Shown: positions 16,351 through 32,264 of the stretch, piece after piece
Position numbering within the stretch: position 1 is the stretch's first letter
Layout: each line of letters begins with the position of its first letter
Assembly (NCBI GenBank): GCA_964016885.1
Contig: OZ024748.1
Location: 47,554,001 to 47,618,000, forward strand
Reading direction: 5' to 3'
Source of the DNA: Eledone cirrhosa
Lineage: Eukaryota
Length of the DNA stretch: 64,000 nt
Notes under the pieces: generated by a model
What the model was told of the DNA's origin: nothing
Databases searched by the model: none
The model's input: the letters and a program-made list of their open reading frames with translations, nothing else
Position numbers and translations under genes: made by a program

Positions 16351-16726
16351 TTCTTCCTTTCAATCTTTCTTTCTTTTCTTTCATTTCGTTCTTTCTTCCG
16401 TTTCCTTCCATTTTCTTTTTCTTTCCCTTCTTTCTCTTTTCTAACTTTTTCTCTTTCCTCTTTCTCCCCTTCCCTCATTCTTCTGCTCTTTCCTTTATTT
16501 CTCCCTCTTTCCTTTTCATCTCTTCACATATAACTATCTATCTTTCTATTCCTTTCTTTTACCGTCGTTCTTCCATTCTACCTTTTGTATGTTCTCTCTT
16601 TCTCTCTTTCCTTCCTTCATTCATTCATTCATTCCATCTCGTTCTCTCATTCGATTTCTTTCTTCGTTACATTCTCCTTCTCTCACACACACAGTCTCTC
16701 TCTCACACACACCTTCTCTCTCTCTC

Positions 16727-16765
<39 letters not shown>

Positions 16766-16834
16766 TTCTTTCTCTTCCTGCCTTCGATGTCTTGATTCAA
16801 ACTTTTTCTTTCATAATTGTTTCATTTTGTAAAA

Positions 16835-18205
16835 TGTTGTTGTTGTGGTTGTTATTATTGTTGTTGTTGTTGTTGTTACTGTTGTTGTTGTTGTTGTTGT
16901 GGTTACTGTTGTTGTTGTGGTTACTGTTGTTGTTGTTGGTGTTGTTGTTGGTGTTATTACTGTTGTTGTTACTGTTGTTGTTGGTGTTATTACTGTTGTT
17001 GTTGTTACTGTTGTTATTGTTGGTGTTATTACTGTTGTTGTTGTTGTTGTTGTTACTGCTGTTGTTGTTGGTGTTATTACTGTTGTTGTTGTTGTTGTTA
17101 CTGTTGTTGTTGTTGGTGTTATTACTGTTGTTGTTGTTACTGTTGTTATTGTTGGTGTTATTACTGTTGTTGTTGTTGTTACTGCTGTTGTTGTTGGTGT
17201 TATTACTGTTGTTGTTGTTGTTGTTACTGTTGTTGTTGTTGTTACTGTTGTTGTTGTTGTTGTTGTTGTTGGTGTTATTACTGTTGTTGTTGGTCTTATT
17301 ACTATTGTTGTTGTTGTTACTGTTGTTGTTGTTATTACTGTTGTTGTTGTTGGTGTTATTACTGTTGTTGTTGGTGTTATTACTGTTGTTGTTGTTGGTG
17401 TTATTACTGTTGTTGTTGTTACTGTTGTTGTTGTTGGTGTTATTACTGTTGTTGTTGTTATTACTGTTGTTGTTGTTGTTATTACTGTTGTTGTTGTTGG
17501 TGTTATTACTGTTGTTGTTGGTGTTATTACTGTTGTTGTTGTTCTTGGTGTTATTACTGTTGTTGTTATTATTACTGTTGTTGTTGTTATTACTGTTGTT
17601 GTTGTTGTTATTACTGTTGTTGTTGTTGGTGTTATTACTGTTGTTGTTGTTCTTGGTGTTATTACTGTTGTTGTTGTTACTGTTGTTGTTGTTGTTGTTG
17701 TTGGTGTTATTACTGTTGTTGTTGTTACTGTTGTTGTTGTTGTTGTTATTACTGTTGTTGTTGTTGTTACTCTTGTTGTTGTCGGTGTTATTACTGTTGT
17801 TGTTGTTGTTACTGTTGTTGTTGTTGGTGTTATTACTGTTGTTGGTGTTACTGTTGTTGTTGTTGTTGGTGTTATTACTGTTGTTGTTGTTACTGTTGTT
17901 GTTGTTGTTGTTATTACTGTTGTTGTTGTTGTTACTCTTGTTGTTGTCGGTGTTATTACTGTTGTTGTTGTTGTTACTGTTGTTGTTGTTGGTGTTATTA
18001 CTGTTGTTGTTGTTGTTACTGTTGTTGTTGGTGTTATTACTATTGTTGCTGGTGTTATTACTGCTGTTGTTGTTGTTGTTACTGTTGTTGTTGGTGTTAT
18101 TACTGTTGTTGTTGGTGTTATTACTGTTGTTGTTGGTGTTATTACTGTTGTTGTTGGTGTTATTACTGTTGTTGTTGTTGGTGTTATTACTGTTGTTGTT
18201 GTTGT
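16835..18205. repeat. (GTT)n array with recurrent GGTGTTATTACT variant
   Basis: Seen directly in the sequence. Confidence 0.95.
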
Positions 18206-18573
18206 GTGCAATAATAAGGTGTATTTCTGGAAAGTTTAAACAAAAAAGTCCTGCAGGAGATACTTATGTCTGTATGAATTTAAATATATATAGTTGAGCA
18301 TGTGTATCTGTGTACATACGATGCCTGTATACACACATATACAGGCATATATATATATATATATGCGTACATAAATATATATACACACATACAGACATAT
18401 ATATATATATATATATTCATATATATACATACACATATACATACATGCACATATATACATACACATATATATATATACATACATACATATATATATACAT
18501 GCATACATGCACATATATATATATATACATACACACAAGTATATACATACAGATATCTATTTGTATATATATT

Positions 18574-18623
<50 letters not shown>

Positions 18624-18665
18624 GAATCTCAATCAATATAAATATATATTTATGCATACATGTGG

Positions 18666-18715
<50 letters not shown>

Positions 18716-18986
18716 CTTTATTTAAATTCTTTAAAAAAAATATTTCTATGAAGACAGGTGATGTTTTCAAAATAGAAGTAAAAAAAAATTTGAAACAAAG
18801 TTTCTTTGCAGAATTTGCCAAACAACAAAACTATAGATACACATCTTCAAATTTTAAAAACTCCTGCATAATATATTTTTAACAGTCTACAAGTGAAATA
18901 GTATTTCCGCATTTGCAGAGTGGACCATAATTAACTTATTGATTACGAGACTACCAAAAGACATAATGGTATGCAGTATATCTATG

Positions 18987-19264
<278 letters not shown>

Positions 19265-19565
19265 CTTTGCTCTACTCCTCTCTCTTTTTATGTTTCATCT
19301 GCCTGACACCCACCTCGTAGATTGACCGTCTGCCGACCCGTTCCTCCGGAGAAACGCCTTTGGGACTCCATTTGCTCACTATACAGAGAGATGGGGAGGG
19401 TGAGAGAGATGGGGTGATGATGGTGGGAGTTCAGCTCTTCCCGGTTCGGGCACATTGCACCTGTCAAGAGTGTACTTTCATACTTGTGACCCCGGACATT
19501 CTATACCAATTATTGAGTAATTTCCTGAACATGGTCTTAGTAGTGTAAACTGGTAACTCTTTATT

Positions 19566-19953
<388 letters not shown>

Positions 19954-20523
19954 TATTGCAGCAACCTTCTCTCCACACGCCTTTTAGACCCCCCCAGGGT
20001 AGCCATCTGCATCAGAACCGCCCAAATTCTCACTTCATACATTTCGTCATTCGCTTTGACAGCATTCAACTACTTTAGCAGCTGTTCTAACGTGGAGTTT
20101 TCTCATCTTTATATGAATTCTAATATACTCTCGCTTCATCACAATAAGAGATATCAATTTATATATACTCATCCTTTTCCGTCTTCAGAGGGTTTTAAAC
20201 CTCACTGTCAGGCTAAAATTAGTCAAAAACCCCACGAAAGCTGTTATTTCTAGTAAATTTCAAATTTAGCTCGCTATTTCAAAGCAAACGTACTTGTACA
20301 CATATATCCCGCCGAGGTTAATTTTGATTTCATCCTTACGTGCTCGATGAAATAAAGTACCGGTAATGTACTGGGTAATTGATGGCCTTGTGCCAAAAGT
20401 AGAAACAATTATATATATATATTAAAATAATAGATTAAAGTTTAAGCAAAGAATATATGTATATATATTATCGAGCCCTCTTCGGATTTTAGTCTTCACA
20501 TTTATTATTATTACTATATATAT

Positions 20524-20822
20524 AAGGCGGTGGATTGGCAGTATCGGTACAGGGTCGGATGCCATGCTTTCCAGCATAGTTACGTCCCTTAACGATCTGA
20601 GTTCAAATCCCGCTGAGGTTGACTTTGCCTTTCAGCATTACCGGGTCGATAAAATAAAGTACCGGTAATGCACTGAATAATTGCTGGCCTTGTGCCTGAA
20701 GAAGAAACAATTATATATATAATGTTAACTTTGCCTTTCATCCTTACGGGGTCGATAAAATAAAGTACCAGTAATACACTGGGTAATTGCTGGCCTTGTG
20801 CCAAAAAGTAGAAACAATTATT
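20524..20822 (+). mobile_element. tRNA-derived SINE with tandemly duplicated 3' half
   Basis: A-box-like TGGCAGTATCGG, B-box GAGTTCAAATCC, conserved CTTTCATCCTTACGGGGTCGATAAAATAAAGTACC body and AGAAACAATTA tail. Further fragments at 2530-2590, 8205-8260 and 20308-20412. Confidence 0.85.
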
Positions 20823-21133
20823 ACTATATATATATATATATACATACACACACACAAATTGACTGCGAAAATCACTCACATTTGAGATCAAGATATTTAT
20901 AGGCATCACAAATTCTGGCGATAAGTTTTCTTAAAGAACATTTTGCTACATTGCCTACAATGTATGATGAGTAGCGTAACAATGAGAATTTGATTACACA
21001 ATCAGGAAGGTCTTTCTTAGCTGCAGAAGTAATACCAAAACAAGACTAACGAAAGAGAAAGTCGGAACATGGACGAGGTTTTAATAATACATTTCACACA
21101 CAAACACACACATATATATATATATACACACAA

Positions 21134-21174
<41 letters not shown>

Positions 21175-21181
21175 AACACAC

Positions 21182-21216
<35 letters not shown>

Positions 21217-21248
21217 TTATACATATATATATACACTATATATATATA

Positions 21249-21285
<37 letters not shown>

Positions 21286-21286
21286 A

Positions 21287-21341
<55 letters not shown>

Positions 21342-21348
21342 AATACAC

Positions 21349-21384
<36 letters not shown>

Positions 21385-21405
21385 TTTATACATATATATA
21401 TACAC

Positions 21406-21437
<32 letters not shown>

Positions 21438-21793
21438 ACACACTATATATATATATATATATATACTATATATATACACACTATATATATATATATACTA
21501 TAGGAACCAGTAAGACCCCGACAGCTGAGCTCAAGCCGTTTCGACGGCTAATTCTGGACTAAATGAAAATTTATCCTGGTATTTAAAAATGTATATATAT
21601 ATACTATATATATATATACACTATATATATATATAACACACACTTACTATATACATATATATATATATACACTATATATATATATAACACACACTTACTA
21701 TATACATATATATATATATACACACACTATATATATATATATATACTATATATATAAATATACACTATATATATATATGTATATATACACACA

Positions 21794-21836
<43 letters not shown>

Positions 21837-21838
21837 CA

Positions 21839-21874
<36 letters not shown>

Positions 21875-22042
21875 TACATATATATATACACTATATATAT
21901 ATATATATATATACACACTATATATATATATACACTATATATGTATATACACTATATATATATACACTATATATATATATGTATATATACACACACTATA
22001 TATATTTATATGTATATATATACACACACACTATATATATAT

Positions 22043-22090
<48 letters not shown>

Positions 22091-22104
22091 TATATATATA
22101 TACA

Positions 22105-22158
<54 letters not shown>

Positions 22159-22172
22159 TATATATATATACA

Positions 22173-22218
<46 letters not shown>

Positions 22219-22887
22219 TGTCTGTTAGACACGCAGTCTAACTGCGTGTCTGACATATCTGCGTAGCTTGTGAATAAAAAATTCAACGTGTTTCGCTGGC
22301 CGTGGTGATCCCTGCCAAACATCTGTTTTAATGTATCGTCTTATTGGCTAATTTCATCGTCTTATTGGCTAATCAACCAATGAGAGTAAGTGTTGCTCAA
22401 AAGCATCCGACATTTTGTTTGCACATACATTTATCGTTTCGCTTTCGAATCTTCCTCCCGTATTTCATCGTTTATCATCAAAATATGTTTCTCGTTTTGG
22501 TAAGTTATATTGTTAATTTATATATGATTTTTTAAATTTATATTGACTATTTTTGTTCAGTTCGTTATAACATGCTTATGATATAGGTTGTATCATATTT
22601 ACTTGTATATTATTGTTCGTTTTATGATAGATTATTTTTTTATTATTATGTTAGACTATTTGTATGTAATATTTAATTTTTATTCATTCAACAATAGCAA
22701 TTATTATGTAAAATATATTTATTTGATATTGATTGTTTTTGTAGTTGTTTATATTAAAAGCCTGAAAATATTTTTATACATCTTACAATAATATTTATAA
22801 GATCATTTATAAAATAACAATTATATAATTTAATTACATTACAACGATAATTTATTATTAATATATATCATGTTTAACTAGAGTTAA

Positions 22888-23423
22888 ATATAGAATTCGG
22901 TTTAAGTGCATTTCGTATTATCATTACTAAACGTCTAATATGAGATATTGAACAAGCGCTGCCTTAAAAAATATTAAACTAGATCTGAAAAATGCGCAAC
23001 CTCAAAAAAGCCACAGATTGTTTCTAATAAACCTTCAAAAGTGTGGAACTAGAGTTGTTGCACGAAAATATTGTAATCATTATCTATCGTACACTCTGTG
23101 GCATCCTTTTATAAAAAAGACACTCATAACGAACTCAAGACGACACGATAATTATTTAAGTGAATTTATAATATAGAATTCGGTTTAAGTGCATTTCGTA
23201 TTATCATTACTAAACATCTAATATGAGATATTGAACATTAGCTTAAATCATTATCGTGTCGTCTTGAATTCGTTATGAGTCTCTTTTTTATAAAAGGATG
23301 CCTCAAAGTGTACGATAGATAATGATTACAATATTTTTGAGCAAAAATTCTAGTCCCACACTTTTGAAGGTTTATTATAACATTCTGTGGCTCTTTTGAG
23401 CTTGCCTATTTTTCAGGTCTAGT
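22888..23423. repeat. Inverted repeat (arms 22977-23160 / 23241-23423) whose loop duplicates upstream 22888-22954
   Basis: Direct comparison of the arms and the loop. The right arm runs into (TA)n. Confidence 0.85.
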
Positions 23424-23538
23424 ATATATACATGTATATATATATATAAATACACACAATATATATATATACACAATATATATATATATATATATATACA
23501 CAATATATGCATGTATATATATATGTATATGTATATAT

Positions 23539-23707
<169 letters not shown>

Positions 23708-23726
23708 CATATACATATATATATAC

Positions 23727-23810
<84 letters not shown>

Positions 23811-23918
23811 ATACATATACATATATATATATACATATATATACATATAGATATATACATATATATACATATATATATATATACATATATATATATACAT
23901 ATTTATATATATATATAC

Positions 23919-23950
<32 letters not shown>

Positions 23951-24106
23951 GCATATATATACATATATATATATATGCATATATATACATATATATATAT
24001 ATATACATATACATATGTATATATACATATACATATGTATATATATATACATGCATATATATATATATACATATATATACATACATATATATATACATAT
24101 ACATAT

Positions 24107-24678
24107 GGTGGCTGCCAACTCGTTTTCGAGTACGGCCACTAATTTATATCCATGTAGGAGAACTACCGATGCGCTGAATCTGTGTGGCTTTTTAGTCCAG
24201 CCAGAGACTTGAAAACTCTGGTACAAACACTACACTTGTGAAAATTATTGACACATAGTTCTGGGCCCATGGTACTATGTGAGGACAAGTGCAGAGAGAT
24301 CTCCAGATATAAAGCAATGCCTGTGCTGTGAAGCTTTTATAGTAAGCAAAGGTACTGCACAAAGCCAGTCCAAATCTCTTAACCAAGATGATATTTACCA
24401 AAAAGAAGAACAAGTCAACATCATTGGATACCATCAGGGTTGCAGGTGTTATATCACAGTTTTCCTTCTCCTAGAATTCTGCCTTGACAAAGACTAAGGG
24501 GTCATCTCTCCCGGCGACTTTGGACTGCAATTGACTCTTAAGAGCTCCTTTGCCCTTTGACAGGTTTTGTTTTTAGTCCTGCAGGATGTCCAAAGTAACC
24601 CTCCTCACCAAGAAACCATGGTGGGGTTGCCAGTTTAGTCGCCAACGACCCGACCATGGAACATGGTTGTACTGGGAT
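24107..24678 (-). mobile_element. About 600-bp non-autonomous RTE-derived element, copy 1
   Basis: RTE-like 5'UTR motif AGAAGGAAAACT(C/G)TGA joined to a LINE 3' end encoding C-x2-C...GLKSH zinc finger. Microsatellite tail. Confidence 0.75.
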
Positions 24679-24690
24679 ATATATACATAT

Positions 24691-25299
24691 GGTGGCTGCC
24701 AACTCTTTTTCGAGTATGGCCACTACTTTATATCCATGTAGGAGAACCCCTATCGATGCACTGAACGAGTGTGACTTTTTAGTCCAGCCAGCGACTTGAA
24801 AACTCTGGTACAAACACTACACTTGTGACAATTATTGACACATAGTGCTGGGCACATGGTACCATGTGACGACAAGTGCAGAGAGATCTCCAGATATAAA
24901 GCAATGCCTGTGCGGTGAAGCTTTTATATTTAGCAAAGGCACTGCACAAAGCCAGTCCCACTCTCTTAACCAAGATGATATTTACCAAAAAGAAGAACAA
25001 GTCAACATCATTGGATACCATCAGAGTTGCAGGTGTTATATCAGAGTTTTCCTTCTCCTAGAATTCTGCCTTGACAAAGGCTAAGGGGTCATCTCTCCCG
25101 GTGATTTCGGATGGCCATTGACTCTTAAGAGCTCCTTTGCCCTTTGACAGGTTTTGTTTATTGTCCTGCAGGATGTCAAAAGTAACCCTCCTCACCAAGA
25201 AACCTTGGTGGGGTTGCCAGTTTAGTCGCCAACAACCTGACCATGAGACAGGTTGTACTGGGATACATGTTACCAGTAGCACCAACTGGTGACCTGACA
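24691..25299 (-). mobile_element. About 600-bp non-autonomous RTE-derived element, copy 2 (head-to-tail with copy 1)
   Basis: Colinear with 24107-24678 and 44029-44637. Confidence 0.75.
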
Positions 25300-25336
25300 T
25301 AAATATATATACATACATAAATATATATACATACAG

Positions 25337-25410
<74 letters not shown>

Positions 25411-25428
25411 ATACATATATATACATAC

Positions 25429-25481
<53 letters not shown>

Positions 25482-25484
<3 letters not shown>

Positions 25485-25677
25485 CGAAGGAAATGTGGTA
25501 AGGAACCAGGTGGACCGTAACGCACCAAAGTACTCAATACTTAGGCTAGTAGAGTGGGTAATAGGAACGAGTAGGACCCCGACGGCTGAGCTCAAGCCAT
25601 TTCGACGGCTAATTCTGGACTCCAGAATTAGCCTTCGAAACGGCTTGAGCTCAGCCGTCAGGGTCCTACTCGTTTCT
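25482..25677 (-). mobile_element. Fold-back family B copy
   Basis: Reverse complement of the 19631 copy. Apex TTCTGGA-C-TCCAGAA, (TA)n flanks. Confidence 0.9.
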
Positions 25678-25715
25678 ATATATATATATATATATACATA
25701 CATATATATACATGC

Positions 25716-25754
<39 letters not shown>

Positions 25755-25786
25755 CATAAATATATATATATTTTATATATATATAC

Positions 25787-25821
<35 letters not shown>

Positions 25822-25892
25822 CATAAATATATATATATATTATATATATAGATATATATATATATATACATAAATATATATATATATATATA

Positions 25893-25938
<46 letters not shown>

Positions 25939-26007
25939 TATATATATATAGATATATATATATATATATAGATATATATGCATACATATATATATATATA
26001 TATATAT

Positions 26008-26146
26008 TTCGTTTCTGAATTTGTTTAGCAAGATTCTTTATCTGAAATCGTGTGTTGAAACCGATATTGTTATACTTTGGGAGGGTCATGTTGCCAATAA
26101 GCATGTTTCTTATTGGCAACATGACCCTCCCAAAGTATAACAATAT
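26008..26146 (-). mobile_element. Short relative of fold-back family C
   Basis: Arms ATATTGTTATACTTTGGGAGGGTCATGTTGCCAATAAG and its inverse. Tail GAAATCGTGTGTTGAAAC resembles 26705-26722. Confidence 0.85.
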
Positions 26147-26218
26147 ATATATATACATATATACATACATATATATATATACATATATACATACATATAT
26201 ATATATATATATACATAT

Positions 26219-26249
<31 letters not shown>

Positions 26250-26254
26250 CATAT

Positions 26255-26290
<36 letters not shown>

Positions 26291-26293
<3 letters not shown>

Positions 26294-26503
26294 AACCAGT
26301 AAGACCCCGACGGCTGAGCTCAAGCCGTTTCGACGGCTAATTCTGGACTAAAAAAAAAAAAAAAAGTCCAGAATTAACCGTCGAAACGGCTTGAGCTCAG
26401 CCGTCGGGGTCTTAATGGTTCCTATTACCCACTCTACTACCCCAAGTATTGAGTACTTTAGTGCGTTATGGTCCACCTGGTTCCTTACCACATTTCCTTC
26501 GTT
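26291..26503 (+). mobile_element. Fold-back family B copy with poly(A) at the apex
   Basis: TTCTGGACT-(A)n-GTCCAGAA apex, (TA)n flanks. Confidence 0.9.
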
Positions 26504-26575
26504 ATATATATATATATATATATATACAAATATATATAGATATATATACATATATACATACATATATATATATAT

Positions 26576-26642
<67 letters not shown>

Positions 26643-26651
26643 GTTCATCCA

Positions 26652-26681
<30 letters not shown>

Positions 26682-26686
<5 letters not shown>

Positions 26687-27316
26687 TTGCGAGGTTTTTT
26701 ATATGAAATCGTGTGTCGAAACAAATATTGTTATACTTGGGGAGGGTCATATTTGTGTAATATTGCCAGAATTAATAACAGAACACACTCACTGTTTGGT
26801 TGGTTTTCCCTTCTCGCTGTCTTTTAAATCGGTAATCTAACTTACTCGGTCCTCAATGTTGCCATTGACTGACCGACGGTCGAAAATAATACAGATACAA
26901 TATAGACACAAACACATATATATAGTTTATCATAAATCTTTCGTTGCACATCTGCAACATCGTCAGTGGTGTTATATTTTCCTTCTTTTGTGTTGTATGT
27001 CTACGCCATTTTTTAGACAGACTGAATAAAAAATGGCGTAGACATACAACACAAAAGGAGGAAAATATAACACCACTGACGATGTTGCAGATGTGCAACG
27101 GAAGATTTATGATAAACTATATATATGTGTTTGTGTCTATATTGTATCTGTATTATTTTTGACCGTCGGTCAGTTAATGGCAACATTGAGGACCGAGTAA
27201 GTTAGATTACCGATATAAAAACAGCGAGAAGCGAAAACCAACCAAACAGTGAGTGTGTTCTGTTATTAATTCTGGCAATATTACACAAATATGACCCTCC
27301 CCAAGTATAACAATAT
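26682..27316 (-). mobile_element. Fold-back family C (about 290-bp arms, apex near 27021, tail 26682-26724)
   Basis: Palindrome 26725-27316 in (TA)n. Hammerhead CTGACGA-T-GTTGCA-GATG-TGCAAC-GAAA on - at 26929-26970. The + arm has GGAA in place of GAAA. Confidence 0.9.
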
Positions 27317-27529
27317 ATATATATATACATATATATATATACATACATAAATATATATATAATAATATCCTCGTGATATTTAATGTTTTGCACCGTGAAA
27401 CTGTACAGTTAGGGCCATTTGAATAGGTAAATATTTATATTATATTTTTTAATTTTGATTTATTTTAATTGTATATTAATTTTGATTTATTTTGAAAAAT
27501 TGGTTGAATTTTACTTGTTCTGCTTATCT

Positions 27530-27566
<37 letters not shown>

Positions 27567-27568
27567 CG

Positions 27569-27690
<122 letters not shown>

Positions 27691-27775
27691 AATATATATA
27701 TATATATATATATATACATACATAAATATGTATATATATATATATACATACATAAATATATATATATATATATAT

Positions 27776-27840
<65 letters not shown>

Positions 27841-28533
27841 CATACATAAATATATATATATACATACATACATAAATATATATATATATATATATATATA
27901 CATACATATATAAATATATATAGATATATATATATATACATATATATACATAAATAAATATATATATACATATATATCTACATATATATACATAAATATA
28001 TATATATATATACATACATAAATATATATATATATATATACATATATATATACATATATATATACATAAATATATATATATACATATATATATATACATA
28101 AATATATATATATATACATACATAAATATATATATATATACATATATATACATACATATATATAAACATACATATATATACATAAATATATTTATATATA
28201 CATACATATATACACATAAATATATATATACATACATATATATACATAAATATATATATATTCATACATACATATATATACATAAATATATATAAACATA
28301 CATATATATACATAAATATATATATATATACATACATATATACACATAAATATATATATACATACATATATATACATAAATATATATATATATACATACA
28401 TATATACACATAAATATATATATATACATATATACACATAAATATATATATATATATATACATACATATATATACATAAATATATATATATATATACATA
28501 CATAAATATATATATATATATATACATACATAA

Positions 28534-28564
<31 letters not shown>

Positions 28565-28699
28565 TATACATAAATATATATAAACAAACATATATATACA
28601 TAAATATATATATATATACACATATACACATATATATATATATACATATACATACATATATATATATTTATATATACATACATATATATATATTTATAT

Positions 28700-28730
<31 letters not shown>

Positions 28731-28764
28731 CATACATATATATATACATATATATACATACATA

Positions 28765-28815
<51 letters not shown>

Positions 28816-28839
28816 GCATACATATATATATATACATAC

Positions 28840-28877
<38 letters not shown>

Positions 28878-28879
28878 AC

Positions 28880-28926
<47 letters not shown>

Positions 28927-29036
28927 CATACATATATATACATATATATATATATTTATTTATTTATATAAATATATATATACATATATATATATATATA
29001 TTCTTACACATATATATATATATATATTTATATACA

Positions 29037-29067
<31 letters not shown>

Positions 29068-29078
29068 TTTTATACATA

Positions 29079-29111
<33 letters not shown>

Positions 29112-29271
29112 GAATATATATATATATATATACATATATATATGTATATATATATACATATATGTATATATATATACATATATATATATATACATATACA
29201 CATATAAATGTATGTATGTATGTGTTTGTGTGTGTGTGTGTACATATCTATAATATACTTATAAACATATA

Positions 29272-31333
29272 CTAGCAGAAGTACCCGGCGTTTCTCGGGT
29301 ATTAAATAGCAGTTATGTATACCATTTATGTCAATACTTCAGTGCTGCTTCGAAAACTATACTTTTACAAAATCATCGGCTTTTTCCAAAAGAGGGTTCC
29401 TGCCCTAGGGGTCCCCTACTCAATATGTGCTAATTCTGAGTGTTCAGATTCATCTGTAGAACAAACGTAGCCCATGTGTCAAGTTTTGTGAAAATCGGTT
29501 TCGTTCTCCAGAAGTTATGACGTTTTGTCGTATTGCACTGCAATGCTTCAGTCGACTCTAATAAAGCGGTTATCTGCCCGGAGGCCCTATAATGAATAAC
29601 TGGAAAAATGAAAGTGCCCATGACATAAGTAACCACTGACATAGGTTACACACTGTTTGTGTGTGTATGTATATGTGTGTGCGTATATATATGTATGTGT
29701 ATGTCCGTATGTACTAGCCTAAATTTTCACTATTTACTTTTACTATTTTATTAACCTCTGTCGCTTTCGTTTACAATTATATTTAAACTCCGGGGCTGGA
29801 AATCATTCGGTTATTTTAAATAGAATATTAGTCTAACGACTCCATTTATACCGTAAACTTGCTCTTGTCTTTGCATGAAATTGTTCTGCTCGGTCCACAT
29901 AACGACGTATTATCCTCGCTTGTTTCCGTTCATTGCCAGGGAACGTCTTCACGAACCAAAATATCGTCGTCCTGTTTTCCTTCGGTTGCAACGTTTCTCG
30001 AAATATTTACTTTTGCGTTCACAGATTGAATTTTTAGTTTCAGAAAATCCCGTTAATGTTGAAAGCAGCGATTCTTTGCTTAAACTTTAATCTGTTCTCA
30101 TAACAAATATATATATATATATATATTTGAAATTCAGATGTGCACGGTTAAATGGTAGTAGGCGTGGTCGGACTGACATGAAAATGTACACACCTATGTA
30201 AAAAGTGCCAAGGAAGCAAACAGACGAGGTTTCAAATCTCTAACTTGAAAAATGTGGTCCCTGGGGCCCCAAAACTATCGCGTTCGGTGAGTTATTTCCC
30301 CCTGTTCTAATGCTTTTGTCTTATTTACAATTTCATACAAATTTTTAAACTCATCAACGTTCTTTCGCTGTTAACATACAGTACCAATAATTTGAAAAAT
30401 ATCATTGAAAGTTTATTATAAAGAAGCAGTTTCAGGAAAAAGTGTAAACTATCATACAAACCTTCATAATATGCATTTTTAAACTTGCATATCATCGACA
30501 TTGCTATTTCGCTGTTAATAAACTATCATCCTTCTACATTTAACGATCATACAGTACCGTTTTATGAAATCGATTCTGCAGTACGGTCACTGTTTTCCAT
30601 CAAAAGAAATAAAACCCTTAATTTGCGAAGAAGGGACGCGTGTTTTTATTTTAATTTTAATACATGTTAACCACCACTAACAGTAAGTAGTATTTTTCAA
30701 ATTGCATATCACCGACATTGCTATTTCGCTGTTAATAAACAACGCTTTTCACGTCGCTCCACTTCTCAATGTACGCCGTCCAGTCCCAAGTGCATATTTC
30801 TATTTTTTTTCCTGAAACTGCTTCTTTATAATAAATTTTCAATAATATTTTTCAAATTATTAACTTAATAAAACGTGGCCCCGGGTGCAACCGGGCTCAG
30901 CTGCTAGTAAATATATATAACACACACAGTCACAGTACGTCTTCTGTGAAAGAGAGAAAGAGACGTTAGGTTGAGGAAAGGGGATAGTTGAACAGTATGT
31001 AAAGAATAGATAAATAAATAAAAGTTAAAGTTCCTCACTTTCTTTCTTTCTTTCTCAACCCCTCTCTCCCTTTTTTCTCATACCCTCTCTCTCTCTCGGT
31101 CTCTCTCTCATACCCCCTCTCTCTCTCTCTCTCTCTTCCTCTACAGAATGGAGAAAATAAAGAACGCGCAGATCTCTCACCCCGCCCCTCTCTCTCTTTG
31201 TCTTTATATATGTGTGTTTGTGTGTGTGTGAACCAGCGTTCGTCACCATTCTCTCTCTCTCTCTATCTGAATATCTTGTACCTCTCTCTGTATAACGACC
31301 TATCTCACTCTCTCTCTCTACATCTCCCTTTAG

Positions 31334-31423
<90 letters not shown>

Positions 31424-31613
31424 AGTTTTCCTGCAACCAGCCAACCAATATTTATCTAGGGGCCGCATTAACAAAAACTTGAAAGTTTTATGAGTCCAAA
31501 ACACTTCCTGGAACATGACGCATGTTTGTTCCAAGTTGGAAGAATATCGGTTGTAATCTGTAGAAGTTCTGTGGGTACGGACATACACAAAGCAGCGATT
31601 CTTTTATATATAG
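29272..31613. mobile_element. Cluster of non-autonomous Helitron pieces
   Basis: 3' terminus on - (CTAG 29272, hairpin ACCCGGCGTTTCTCGGGT). 3' terminus on + (CCCGGGTGCAACCGGG...CTAG 30904-30907). 5'-end-like CTATATATAAAAG on - near 31613. Internal boundaries are uncertain. Confidence 0.55.
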
Positions 31614-31677
31614 CTTAAACTTTTGTATATAGATATATATATATATATGTATATGTGTATATATGTGTGTATATATG

Positions 31678-31759
<82 letters not shown>

Positions 31760-32015
31760 TAGCGAAGATAATACGTCAGCAATGACGTGTTCGTCAGAAT
31801 GTCGTTATGCTGACAATCAGACATACAGACAGATAGTATGAGGGCTCGACGGAGATCGATAACCGGCGCCTAACACCCCTTTAACAACAGAAAATTGAAA
31901 AATAAAAGCGCCAGTTAGTGTCTTTAGACCGCAAGGAATATAAATGCAAGTTTGAAGTCAATCGGAGTAGAAATGGATTTGTATAGACTTTGCAAAAATG
32001 AGGACACACACACAC

Positions 32016-32060
<45 letters not shown>

Positions 32061-32065
32061 TACAC

Positions 32066-32127
<62 letters not shown>

Positions 32128-32264
32128 ACACACACACACAGCAATAGTTTTATATATAGAGATAGTGTGTGTGTGTGTGTGTGTGTGTGTAAGGTGAAGT
32201 TTGATATATGGTGGTGGTTCAAAAATTTAAATAAATGCTTCAACGTATAGAATCAATACCAAAG

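Noticed and set aside
15462-18297. 456-570 aa ORFs (F/S/L-rich, poly-L/C/V/T)
   Set aside because: Products of the 30-bp minisatellite and the (GTT)n array.
20524-20615. tRNA gene (A/B boxes)
   Set aside because: It is the head of a multi-copy SINE and I could not see a cloverleaf.
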